Shown here in pieces: positions 55,437 through 63,891 of a stretch of DNA of 64,000 nt (the stretch's first letter is position 1; every line of letters starts with the position of its first letter). The DNA lies in NCBI GenBank assembly GCA_018670085.1, contig JABHRS010000036.1:682-64681 (forward strand), written 5' to 3'. Source of the stretch: an archaeon. GTDB taxonomy: Archaea; Nanobdellota; Nanobdellia; Woesearchaeales; GW2011-AR9. The notes under the pieces are model-generated. The model searched no databases. It was not told the origin of the DNA and saw nothing but the letters and a program-made list of their open reading frames with translations. The position numbers were made by a program, and so were the translations under genes.

Positions 55437-56984
55437 ATGAAACGAACTACACTAACACTTGCAACTTTAATGGGACTTGGAACTATTCAACCTGCTTATG
55501 CTGGATTAAATGAATCTGATGTGCATGACATTGTTCCTGCTCAAATTCCTGCTGATGTTTTAACTCTAGAGTGTGAAACTTGGATGGATAATAATACAAC
55601 TTACATTGATAATACTTTTTGTAACGAAGACGATGTAGCAATAATTGCAAAATCAGAATGTGGAACTGAAAGTATGGACTGGATTTTAAATAAAATTCCA
55701 GGAGATAACAATCTTCGTAGTGATTACAACAATTGGGCTTGTCAAACAATTGATTTAGCAACCTTTGGTAGTGCAGAAGATACCTTAACTAGTGGCCTTG
55801 CAAGAAAATTTCTTTGTAATGGCGATGAGACTAATGTTTGTGTATACACAGCACCAGTTGCAGAAGTAAATCACGCACCTGTTGTTACATTAAACGCAGG
55901 CGGACGAACTGTAGAACAAGCACCAGGAAATGTAGATTATGTTTTTAGCGTTATCGATGAAGACGCAGGCGACACTTGGGAAGTAGCTGCAACTATAACT
56001 AAAGATGGATCAACTGATGAATTAACCAAAATTGTAGCTAATGCTGATGGAGTAATTGTTTCTCTTGATTCAAACTTAGCTGCTGGTGAATATCAAATTA
56101 CATTAAAAGCAACTGATAACCATGGATTAGCTTCAGAACCAAACACTTCATCTTACAAAATCACCAAAACAGCACCTGCGGCAGCACCTGCACCTCCTGC
56201 AGTAGCAGCTAAGGTTCAAACAGCTGATTTTAGATTAGGTTACACTGCAATGTTTCAACCTGGATTCGATCAACGAAGTCACGGTTTACAAGCAAGCGCT
56301 GCATTTCCTCTAGCTGAAACTAGTTTTAAATTAGTGCCAGGATTAAGATGGGGAAGATTAAGTGGCGGAGATACTCGTGACGCTTACACTGAAGATATGG
56401 ATCCAACTCATAGAGAAGGTAGCGAATACATCGAAAGTATGCCTGATATGAATAATCCAAATGAAACTCTTGATATTGAAATGCGTTACGTTGAAACTTC
56501 AGAAGGATCAACTACTCACGATTTCAAAGCGCCAACTAGAGGGCATGATTTACAGGCACAATTATATTTAGAATTTCCTTCAGCAAGCAAAACATTTGCA
56601 CACGGAAGTCTAGCAGCTGCTATTCAAGCAGGATTTTCTGTTGGTAAAACTTGGGGCCAAGATTCTAATGGGACTTGGAACTCAACACGTGATTACACAA
56701 CTGAAGCTTCTCTTTGGACTGTTGATAATGCTGGAAACGAAGAATTATTCCAGGACTTAGATCCTGTTTTTGATACTCAAAGCAGAAGTGGATCAACAAG
56801 CAAAGACATCAAAGGTTACGGTTATGCTGGAATTGGTGCAAGAGTAATGCTTGATGCTACATTGAACAATGGACTTGGAGTTTATGCAAACGGTGACTTT
56901 GGACTCAGAATGGGCGGCGACGGAGTATCTTTAGATGCAGGAGCTGGCGCAGGACTTGTTTACAAAAGACCACTGAAGGAATAA
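55437..56984 (+). CDS. Secreted protein: Sec signal peptide, Ig/cadherin-like domain, Pro/Ala linker, and a beta-barrel-like C-terminal half
   Basis: SD AAGGAGAT precedes the ATG. Signal peptide is MKRTTLTLATLMGLGTIQPAYA; the Ig-like domain has VIDEDAGDTWEV and ATDNHGL; the linker is APAAAPAPPAVAA. Nine to ten amphipathic strands follow (FRLGYTAMF, LQASAAF, YAGIGARVML, LGVYANGDFGLRM, AGAGAGLVYK). Confidence 0.65.
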   Translation: MKRTTLTLATLMGLGTIQPAYAGLNESDVHDIVPAQIPADVLTLECETWMDNNTTYIDNTFCNEDDVAIIAKSECGTESMDWILNKIPGDNNLRSDYNNWACQTIDLATFGSAEDTLTSGLARKFLCNGDETNVCVYTAPVAEVNHAPVVTLNAGGRTVEQAPGNVDYVFSVIDEDAGDTWEVAATITKDGSTDELTKIVANADGVIVSLDSNLAAGEYQITLKATDNHGLASEPNTSSYKITKTAPAAAPAPPAVAAKVQTADFRLGYTAMFQPGFDQRSHGLQASAAFPLAETSFKLVPGLRWGRLSGGDTRDAYTEDMDPTHREGSEYIESMPDMNNPNETLDIEMRYVETSEGSTTHDFKAPTRGHDLQAQLYLEFPSASKTFAHGSLAAAIQAGFSVGKTWGQDSNGTWNSTRDYTTEASLWTVDNAGNEELFQDLDPVFDTQSRSGSTSKDIKGYGYAGIGARVMLDATLNNGLGVYANGDFGLRMGGDGVSLDAGAGAGLVYKRPLKE

Positions 56985-57045
56985 TTACAATAATAAAATA
57001 ATAATACAAAATAACGAAAAAAAACTCCTTGGAGGATATAATACT

Positions 57046-59724
57046 ATGAAAACAAAATCATTTATGGCATTCGCACTTGTTATGTTAATTGCAGTAGCTA
57101 TGCTACCAGCAGCTTTCGCATCAAGCGCAGTAACTGCATATTGGACATCTGGTTCCAGTGCAGAGAGCATCGACATTCTTCAAGGAGAAGAAGTAACTTA
57201 CTCATTTTTAGTTTACGGATATGATGGTTACAGTATTTACGCAGAACTTCAAGATAGTACTGGTGCAAGAGTAGGCGCAGTTATTATTGATGAAGAAAGT
57301 GAATCTATTGAACATGTGGTGATCTCAGCTTCTGGCTACGGTTACACATTGTACGAAAAATCATTCAACTCATTCAAAACAAATTCCTTAGATGGGGATT
57401 ACACTGTTTATGTTTTAACTGAAGACACTGATGGAACATCTGATGAATATAGTATTTCATTAACAGTTGACGCTGATTCAGATGACGACGGTATTGGAGA
57501 CGATACTGACAACTGTCCTGATGTAGCAAACGAAGATCAAGATGATACTGATGGCGATGGTGTAGGAGACGCATGCGATACTCCAACTATTCAAACAGAT
57601 ATTGCTGATCAAACTGCAACTGAAGGTGAACTTTTATCTTTTGATTTTGATGCAGTTGATCCAAACGACGAAGGAGTAATTATTGAAGCTGAGATCTCAT
57701 CTGGTGCTGGAGAAAATCTTGTATATATTAGTGGTGACTCAGTTTACATTACTGATAACGGCGATGGAACTGCAACTGCTTATTTGCAACCAATGTTCTC
57801 TTTTGTTGAACATACTGCAACTTCAGGCTCTTTTGATATGATTATTACAATCGATGACGGTGACGAAGAAGCATCTTCAAATGCTTTCACAGTTACTGTA
57901 GTTGACGAAAACCAAGTTCCAAGTATTACCTCAACTCCAGCTGCAACTGCAACTGAAGATTTTGAGTACCAATACCAAATTGAAGTTGAAGATTTGGACG
58001 CAGAAGATGCAGGACTTGGCTTTGAATATAGAATGACTGGTGGTTCATCTGACATGTCTTTTGATGAAAGTTCTGGTCTATTAACTTGGACTCCTGACTT
58101 CGATGAAGAAGGAAACGTTTACACTGTAACTCTTTCAACTGAAGATGTTATGGGTGGAGTTGATACCCAAACTTACACTTTAACTGTGGATAACTCAAAC
58201 CGAGCTCCAGTATTAACTTTAGTAGATGATACTGTAGCAGCAGGAGAAACATCCTCAACTGAAATTTCAGCAACCGATGCTGATGGTGATTCATTAACCA
58301 TCTCTTCACCTGATTTGCCAACTGGCGCATTCATAAGAGACAATGGTGACGGAACTGCTGATTTTGCATGGGTAACAACTACTGATGATATTACAACTGT
58401 CATCACTGTTGAAGTTACTGATGGAATTGAGACTACAACTGGAACTTTCACTGTAACAATTGAAGGAACCACTGCAAACTCAGCTCCAGTATTAACTCTT
58501 CCAGCTGATCTAACCATCACTGAAGGAGCTGAAGTAACTAGTGTTGAATCAACTTTTTCAGCAACCGATGCTGAAGGTGATGATTTAACTTACACTGAAC
58601 CATCCGACTTACCTGATGGAGCAGCTTTCACTGATAATGGTGACGGAACTGCTTTCGTTGAGTGGACAACTGACAGCAGCGATGCTGGTGTTTACACAAT
58701 TACTATCGAAGTAACTGATGGAACTGATTTCACTTCAGAAGAATGGACTATTGTTGTTGATGATGATGGTACTGGTGGAAACAATGATCCAGTATTAACA
58801 ATGCCTGCTGATTTAAGAATCACAGCTGGCGAATCAATCGATGCAACTGAATCAACTTTCACTGCAACTGATGCTGACGCAACTGATGTATTAACTTACT
58901 CTGAAACAATTGCCCTACCTGATGGAGCAAGCTTCACCGATAACGGTGACGGAACTGCATTCATTGAGTGGACAACTAGTGAAGACGATATTGGAACATA
59001 TGCTATCGTTGTTGATTTAACTGATGGAACAACTACTGTTTCAGGTACTTGGACTATTACTGTTGAAGAAGATTCCACTAGTGGAACTGGCAACAACGCA
59101 GCAACTCTTTCAGCTGATCCAGAATCAGTTGATGCAGTTGAAGGTGATGATATTCAAATTACTGTTACAGGTTACGACCTTGATGGTGATGATTTAGAAT
59201 TTAGCGTTTCAGATTTACCAGAAGCTGCTTCCTTTAGAATCAGAAGTGACGGTGTTACCGGAACTTTTTGGTGGGAAACAACTACTGGCGATGCTGGGGA
59301 ATATGAAGTAACTATCAGTGTCTTTGACGGTACTGTAACTACTGACTTAGTAATTTCAATTAATATTACTGTTGATGAATCAGCAAGTGATGATGTAATT
59401 ACTGTAACCAGCGAAGGTCTTGCTTTAAAGAGCGTTCACGTTTCAGACGAGACCGTTCGAGCAGGTGACTATATTTACGTATCTGTAGGTATGGAAAACC
59501 AAGCTCAAGAAGACCTTGAAGATTTGAAAGTAGCTGTAGTCTTTTACGATTTCGCAACTAAAGTAACAAGTAGTGAATTCGATTTAGACGAAGGCGATGA
59601 AATGGATAAATCTCTTTCAGTTTCTATACCAAGAAACGTAAGGGAAGGACTCTATTACATGAAAGTCACTGTAAGTAACGACGAAATAGATGCCGTTGCT
59701 TATAGAACCGTTCGTGTTATTTAA
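57046..59724 (+). CDS. Modular adhesin-like surface protein: thrombospondin type 3 repeat, tandem He_PIG/cadherin-like modules, and a CARDB-like C-terminal beta-sandwich
   Basis: SD GGAGGAT and signal peptide ...LPAAFA. TSP3 repeat is DSDDDGIGDDTDNCPDVANEDQDDTDGDGVGDACD. There are at least 4 modules of about 95-100 aa with ATDA.GD.LTY....LPDGA.FTDNGDGTA..EWTT. Confidence 0.75.
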   Translation: MKTKSFMAFALVMLIAVAMLPAAFASSAVTAYWTSGSSAESIDILQGEEVTYSFLVYGYDGYSIYAELQDSTGARVGAVIIDEESESIEHVVISASGYGYTLYEKSFNSFKTNSLDGDYTVYVLTEDTDGTSDEYSISLTVDADSDDDGIGDDTDNCPDVANEDQDDTDGDGVGDACDTPTIQTDIADQTATEGELLSFDFDAVDPNDEGVIIEAEISSGAGENLVYISGDSVYITDNGDGTATAYLQPMFSFVEHTATSGSFDMIITIDDGDEEASSNAFTVTVVDENQVPSITSTPAATATEDFEYQYQIEVEDLDAEDAGLGFEYRMTGGSSDMSFDESSGLLTWTPDFDEEGNVYTVTLSTEDVMGGVDTQTYTLTVDNSNRAPVLTLVDDTVAAGETSSTEISATDADGDSLTISSPDLPTGAFIRDNGDGTADFAWVTTTDDITTVITVEVTDGIETTTGTFTVTIEGTTANSAPVLTLPADLTITEGAEVTSVESTFSATDAEGDDLTYTEPSDLPDGAAFTDNGDGTAFVEWTTDSSDAGVYTITIEVTDGTDFTSEEWTIVVDDDGTGGNNDPVLTMPADLRITAGESIDATESTFTATDADATDVLTYSETIALPDGASFTDNGDGTAFIEWTTSEDDIGTYAIVVDLTDGTTTVSGTWTITVEEDSTSGTGNNAATLSADPESVDAVEGDDIQITVTGYDLDGDDLEFSVSDLPEAASFRIRSDGVTGTFWWETTTGDAGEYEVTISVFDGTVTTDLVISINITVDESASDDVITVTSEGLALKSVHVSDETVRAGDYIYVSVGMENQAQEDLEDLKVAVVFYDFATKVTSSEFDLDEGDEMDKSLSVSIPRNVREGLYYMKVTVSNDEIDAVAYRTVRVI

Positions 59725-59873
59725 TGGGGGACTAAGGGATAATTCCTAGTGTCACCCACAAAACACAAATGTGTGACTACTTTAAAGTAACACTCAAAAC
59801 AAAACCTTTATAAAAAGGTCTTGTTATCATGAGAAAATACACTACGTATCAAACAATTGGAGGAAGATACAAA

Positions 59874-61157
59874 ATGAAAAAATTGCTACAAATGATCGCT
59901 CTTTTAGCAGTTGTTTTTGCTATTGCTGCATCCGCAGCTTTCGCAGACACAGCAGATTTAGAGTGGACAACAATAGAAGTAAATGGGCATGACATTTCAT
60001 ACAGTGCTGACGGTACTGCTGATGAAATGATTGCTGTTGAAGAAGGGGAAACTCTTGAAGTAGAAATTGGTCTAGAAGCTTTTGCTGACGTCGAAGACGT
60101 TCAAGTAGAAATCGAGATTAGTGGATACGAATATGATGATTATAACGACTTAGAAGATGAGTCTCATGCTTTCGATATGGAAGAAGGAACTACTAAATAT
60201 GTAGATCTTGAGATTGACTTACCTGTTCAGTTAGATGATGACGAATATTATTTGAGAATTAGAGTTTCAGATAAGAACTCTTTAACTCTTGAACAAATCG
60301 TACGTCTTTACGTTGAACCATCACGTCATGGAATTGAGATCGCAGATCTTGTATTATCCCCTGGAAGTACTGTAGAAGCTGGCCGAAGTCTTTTGGCTAC
60401 AGTTGAGTTACAGAACTTTGGTGACGGAGATGAAGAAGATGTTAAAGTAACTATTGCAGTTGAAGAACTTGGAATTTCAGCATCAGATTATATTGATAAT
60501 CTTGAAGCAAACGAAAACTCCGCAAGTGTTAGCTACGAAACAACCGAGGAACTTTTCTTAAGTATCCCAGATTGTGCAGCAGCTGGTACCTACGCATTAA
60601 AAGTTACTGCTGAATACGATGAGTATGAAACTACAACTGCTTCCTACAGTTTAACTGTAACCGAAGGAAACTACTGTGATAACGATGACGACTCAGAGCG
60701 TCTTGTAATTGCTGTTGGTCCTGAAAGTCAAAACGTTAACGCTGGTTCAGAAGCTGTTTATGCTATTGCTCTAAGTAACGAAGGAACATCCTCAGAAAGT
60801 TACACTCTTAGTGTTTCAGTTGGATCAAGTGACTTATCAACCTCTCTTTCAGAGAGTCTTGTAGTTCTTGAATCAAGTGAATCCGCTGTTGTATACGCTT
60901 ATGTATCAGCAGATAGTGAAGCTAGTGAAGGTGATTACCCTGTTACCATCCTTGTTGAAAACGATGGGAAAACCATTGAAACATTATCTTTAACTCTTGA
61001 AGTTGAAGGTGATAGTGATGCAAGTGAAGGAGTAAGCTTAAGAAATGGTCTTGAAATTGCTTTAATTGTACTAGTAGTACTTTTAGTAATTGTAGGACTA
61101 ATTATTGGGTTTAGCAGACTTCGTGGAAACGAAGACGAAGAACAAACTTACTACTAG
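59874..61157 (+). CDS. S-layer/CARDB-like surface protein with a C-terminal TM anchor
   Basis: Start set at MKKLLQM, preceded by SD GGAGGAAG. Signal peptide is ...ASAAFA. Repeated beta-sandwich modules, then C-terminal TM LEIALIVLVVLLVIVGLIIGF followed by SRLRG. Confidence 0.7.
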   Translation: MKKLLQMIALLAVVFAIAASAAFADTADLEWTTIEVNGHDISYSADGTADEMIAVEEGETLEVEIGLEAFADVEDVQVEIEISGYEYDDYNDLEDESHAFDMEEGTTKYVDLEIDLPVQLDDDEYYLRIRVSDKNSLTLEQIVRLYVEPSRHGIEIADLVLSPGSTVEAGRSLLATVELQNFGDGDEEDVKVTIAVEELGISASDYIDNLEANENSASVSYETTEELFLSIPDCAAAGTYALKVTAEYDEYETTTASYSLTVTEGNYCDNDDDSERLVIAVGPESQNVNAGSEAVYAIALSNEGTSSESYTLSVSVGSSDLSTSLSESLVVLESSESAVVYAYVSADSEASEGDYPVTILVENDGKTIETLSLTLEVEGDSDASEGVSLRNGLEIALIVLVVLLVIVGLIIGFSRLRGNEDEEQTYY

Positions 61158-61188
61158 TCCTTTAATTAGGAATAAGTAGAGGTTGTAT

Positions 61189-61226
61189 CTTCCTCCTTTT
61201 TTTTTTCTTTTCTTTTTTTGAGGAAG
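61189..61226 (+). terminator. Hairpin with a T-rich loop after the surface-protein gene
   Basis: CTTCCTC (61189-61195) and GAGGAAG (61220-61226) flank a 24-nt tract that is almost pure T. Confidence 0.4.
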
Positions 61227-61268
61227 CATTCACACTTCAAATTCGCATCCACATCATACTAATTATAA

Positions 61269-61307
61269 CATCTTTTATTTTTTTATTTTTTTCTTATAAC
61301 TCAATTT
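61269..61307 (+). repeat. Left copy of a perfect 39-bp direct repeat
   Basis: CATCTTTTATTTTTTTATTTTTTTCTTATAACTCAATTT, identical to 62340-62378. Confidence 0.95.
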
Positions 61308-61346
61308 TATCTTAATCTACTGACTAAAACATTAATGGAGAATTAA

Positions 61347-62318
61347 ATGGCAGAACAAAGTTATCAAAAACTGTATCACCAATTAGTTGGTCGGGATGCA
61401 ACAGAAGCAGAATCAGTTCGCCTTCAAGAAAAATTAATTGAGCATGTACAACAAGCCCAAAAAGTTAAGGAAGGAAAGCCAGCAGGGTCTGGTAATCTTG
61501 ATGAAGGTATTAACGCCATTCGAGAAACGTATCACATTGGTGAGTCTGCAATTGAGCAAGTTCTAAGATCTTTTTCAGCTGAAGTAACTGCTCAAGAAGA
61601 TGCAGAATTACAAAGATCAAATAAACGCAGAGCTAATTTGAGAAGTATTGGTAAAAAGTTTCTGGTAGGCACTCTTGCAAGCACAGTTTTGGCAGCTACA
61701 GTTGGTGCTGGACTTGCAGCTTATCAATTAGGTGACGATGCTGAGATGGTCAGAAGAGGAATAATGCTTGACTCAAGGGAAGCTAGTTTAGAAAGTAATT
61801 ACCAAAAACTAAATCAAGATTTACTCACAAGGGAGCAAGCCTTAGCTGCAAAAGAAGAAGCGATTCTCACAGAATTCTATGGTCCTTTGGATGCTTTAAC
61901 TATCAGGTCAGAAGCTAGTAACCTAACTGAGATGGAAAAAGAGTTATTTCTTACCAAGCAATTGCAAGAGTCATGGTTAGCTGCGAAATCCAGTGGAAGT
62001 ATTACTTATTCAGGGGAAGTTGCAGAAGGAATTGAAATAATGGTTTTTGAAATCCCTGAATCTTATACTAGTTTAGTTAAACTTCAAGATGGAGATATAA
62101 CTTCAGTCTATATTAGAAATAAAAAAGAAGAATTACGTTATTCTGTTATTTTTGATGGGGACTCATCTTTGGTTGTAAAACATCATGCAGAAACAGTTAA
62201 AAAATATCAAGGTGATACTTTAGTTTTTGTTGGGGAAAGTTCTAAGCGTCATGATCAAATTGCAGCAGATGTTTGGGCTGACTATTCAGCACTAAAATCT
62301 AGAGGCCCTAGCAACTGA
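61347..62318 (+). CDS. Bitopic membrane protein of unknown function
   Basis: SD GGAG lies upstream. One central TM segment (FLVGTLASTVLAATVGAGLAAY), with coiled-coil-like flanks. Confidence 0.6.
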   Translation: MAEQSYQKLYHQLVGRDATEAESVRLQEKLIEHVQQAQKVKEGKPAGSGNLDEGINAIRETYHIGESAIEQVLRSFSAEVTAQEDAELQRSNKRRANLRSIGKKFLVGTLASTVLAATVGAGLAAYQLGDDAEMVRRGIMLDSREASLESNYQKLNQDLLTREQALAAKEEAILTEFYGPLDALTIRSEASNLTEMEKELFLTKQLQESWLAAKSSGSITYSGEVAEGIEIMVFEIPESYTSLVKLQDGDITSVYIRNKKEELRYSVIFDGDSSLVVKHHAETVKKYQGDTLVFVGESSKRHDQIAADVWADYSALKSRGPSN

Positions 62319-62339
62319 GCAACTAGTTTCATTTTTCAT

Positions 62340-62378
62340 CATCTTTTATTTTTTTATTTTTTTCTTATAACTCAATTT
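62340..62378 (+). repeat. Right copy of the perfect 39-bp direct repeat
   Basis: Identical to 61269-61307. It lies 55 nt upstream of the geranylgeranyl reductase ATG. Confidence 0.95.
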
Positions 62379-62433
62379 CAATCATTCTTACACAACTTTT
62401 TTAACAACACCTCTACCTAAACCAAACGATACA

Positions 62434-63582
62434 ATGGATCAACTAACTTCCAAGGAACAAGCAGCATTACGAGCCAAATCGATTGCCATCATCGGCGCAG
62501 GACCAATTGGCTGCTACACAGCACATCTATTAGCAAAGGCTGGACATAACGTCGAAGTATTCGAAGAACACCAGCAGATCGGAAATCCCATTCAATGCAC
62601 TGGATTACTCACAGCTGACTTCGACAAATTTTTCCCAGATTTAAAAGATCAAAAACACAATTTTCTAGTATCAACGTTCAAATCAGTTACTGTTAAAACA
62701 AAAAACAAATCTATTAAAATTCCACAAAAGGAATATTTGGTTTGCCGGACTAAATTCGATCAATTCTTTGGAAAACTAGCAACAAAAAGTGGCGCAAAGA
62801 TTCATTTGAATCACTCATTCCGAAGAAAAGAAGGCAACTCTTTAATCATTAAAGACAGCATAAACAAAGAAGAAAAATTTTTCACTCCAGACATTGTAAT
62901 CGCAGCTGACGGCCCATTAAGTAAAACTGCTAAAGCCTTTAACATCTTTCACAAACTTAGAACTAATTATTATGGGATTCAAGCAGTTGTGGAAGGAAAA
63001 TTCAACGAAGATAATTTCGATGTATTCTTTGGAGAACAATTCTGCAAAGACTTTTTTGTTTGGGTAGTTCCTGAATCGCAAACCACAGCCAGAGTTGGTC
63101 TTTGTAGCAAAAAAAATTCCAAAGCCATCTTCGACCAGTTCATGAAAAAACACAAAGAATGGACTATTAAAGAAATGCAAGCTGGAGTAATTCCTATCTT
63201 TCACAACGACCAAATTCTACAATCAAAAAACTGTTTTGTGGTTGGCGATGCTGCAGGGCAAGTAAAAGCTACAACTTTAGGTGGTTTAATCCCAGGCCTT
63301 CGAGCAGCTGAAAAACTTGCAACTGCAATCAATAATAATAATTACAGAAGCTACCAAAGTAAATCTTTAAAGATTAGGATTGAATTACAACTGCACAAGC
63401 AGATTCGAAAAGTAATGGATAACTTTAGTGATCAAGATTGGGATTCACTTTTAACTTTAACCAACCAGCAAAAAGTAAAAGATATTATGAGTCAGTATTC
63501 AAGAGACAATCCAATTCCTCTTATTACCAAACTTCTAATCAAGGAACCACGTTACTTGAAGTTCTTGAAACATTTATTTTAA
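62434..63582 (+). CDS. Geranylgeranyl reductase family flavoprotein (archaeal lipid saturation)
   Basis: IAIIGAGPIGCYTAHLLAKAGHNVEVFEE (FAD Rossmann fold), VIAADGPLS, VVGDAAGQVKATTLGG. Confidence 0.85.
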   Translation: MDQLTSKEQAALRAKSIAIIGAGPIGCYTAHLLAKAGHNVEVFEEHQQIGNPIQCTGLLTADFDKFFPDLKDQKHNFLVSTFKSVTVKTKNKSIKIPQKEYLVCRTKFDQFFGKLATKSGAKIHLNHSFRRKEGNSLIIKDSINKEEKFFTPDIVIAADGPLSKTAKAFNIFHKLRTNYYGIQAVVEGKFNEDNFDVFFGEQFCKDFFVWVVPESQTTARVGLCSKKNSKAIFDQFMKKHKEWTIKEMQAGVIPIFHNDQILQSKNCFVVGDAAGQVKATTLGGLIPGLRAAEKLATAINNNNYRSYQSKSLKIRIELQLHKQIRKVMDNFSDQDWDSLLTLTNQQKVKDIMSQYSRDNPIPLITKLLIKEPRYLKFLKHLF

Positions 63583-63707
63583 TTTATTAAGAATTAAATA
63601 TGTTCAAGAAGGAGCAACAGTGAGTTGTTGGTACATTTATTTTAATTTATTAAGAATTAAATATGTTCAAGAAGGAGCAACAGTGAGTTGTTGGTACATT
63701 TATTTTA
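63571..63707 (+). repeat. 63-bp tandem duplication (2 copies plus an 11-nt partial) spanning the reductase stop codon
   Basis: Unit CATTTATTTTAATTTATTAAGAATTAAATATGTTCAAGAAGGAGCAACAGTGAGTTGTTGGTA occurs at 63571-63633 and 63634-63696. The partial copy is at 63697-63707. Confidence 0.9.
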
Positions 63708-63891
63708 ATGTTAACAATAATAAACATACTAATTGATTAACAATGCTGAGTTACTGAGACATACATTCCAACATTGTGGCCACAATCACTCTGTTGAAAA
63801 ACAGATTCCCCAAAAAACAAGCTACAACATACAAATCCAAACATTTAAATAGCAAAAAAATGTTTCTAATATAGTTAATGAGGTGATGTTT

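Noticed and set aside
57374-59096. Multiple 60-115-aa minus-strand ORFs inside the adhesin gene
   Set aside because: They are antisense to a repetitive Asp/Thr/Gly-rich coding sequence that is poor in stop codons on the opposite strand. The plus-strand gene has a signal peptide, an SD site and recognisable domain repeats.
63571-63707. 63-bp repeats, considered as a mini-CRISPR array
   Set aside because: The copies are directly abutting with no spacers, there are only two of them, they overlap a gene end, and no cas genes are present in the window.
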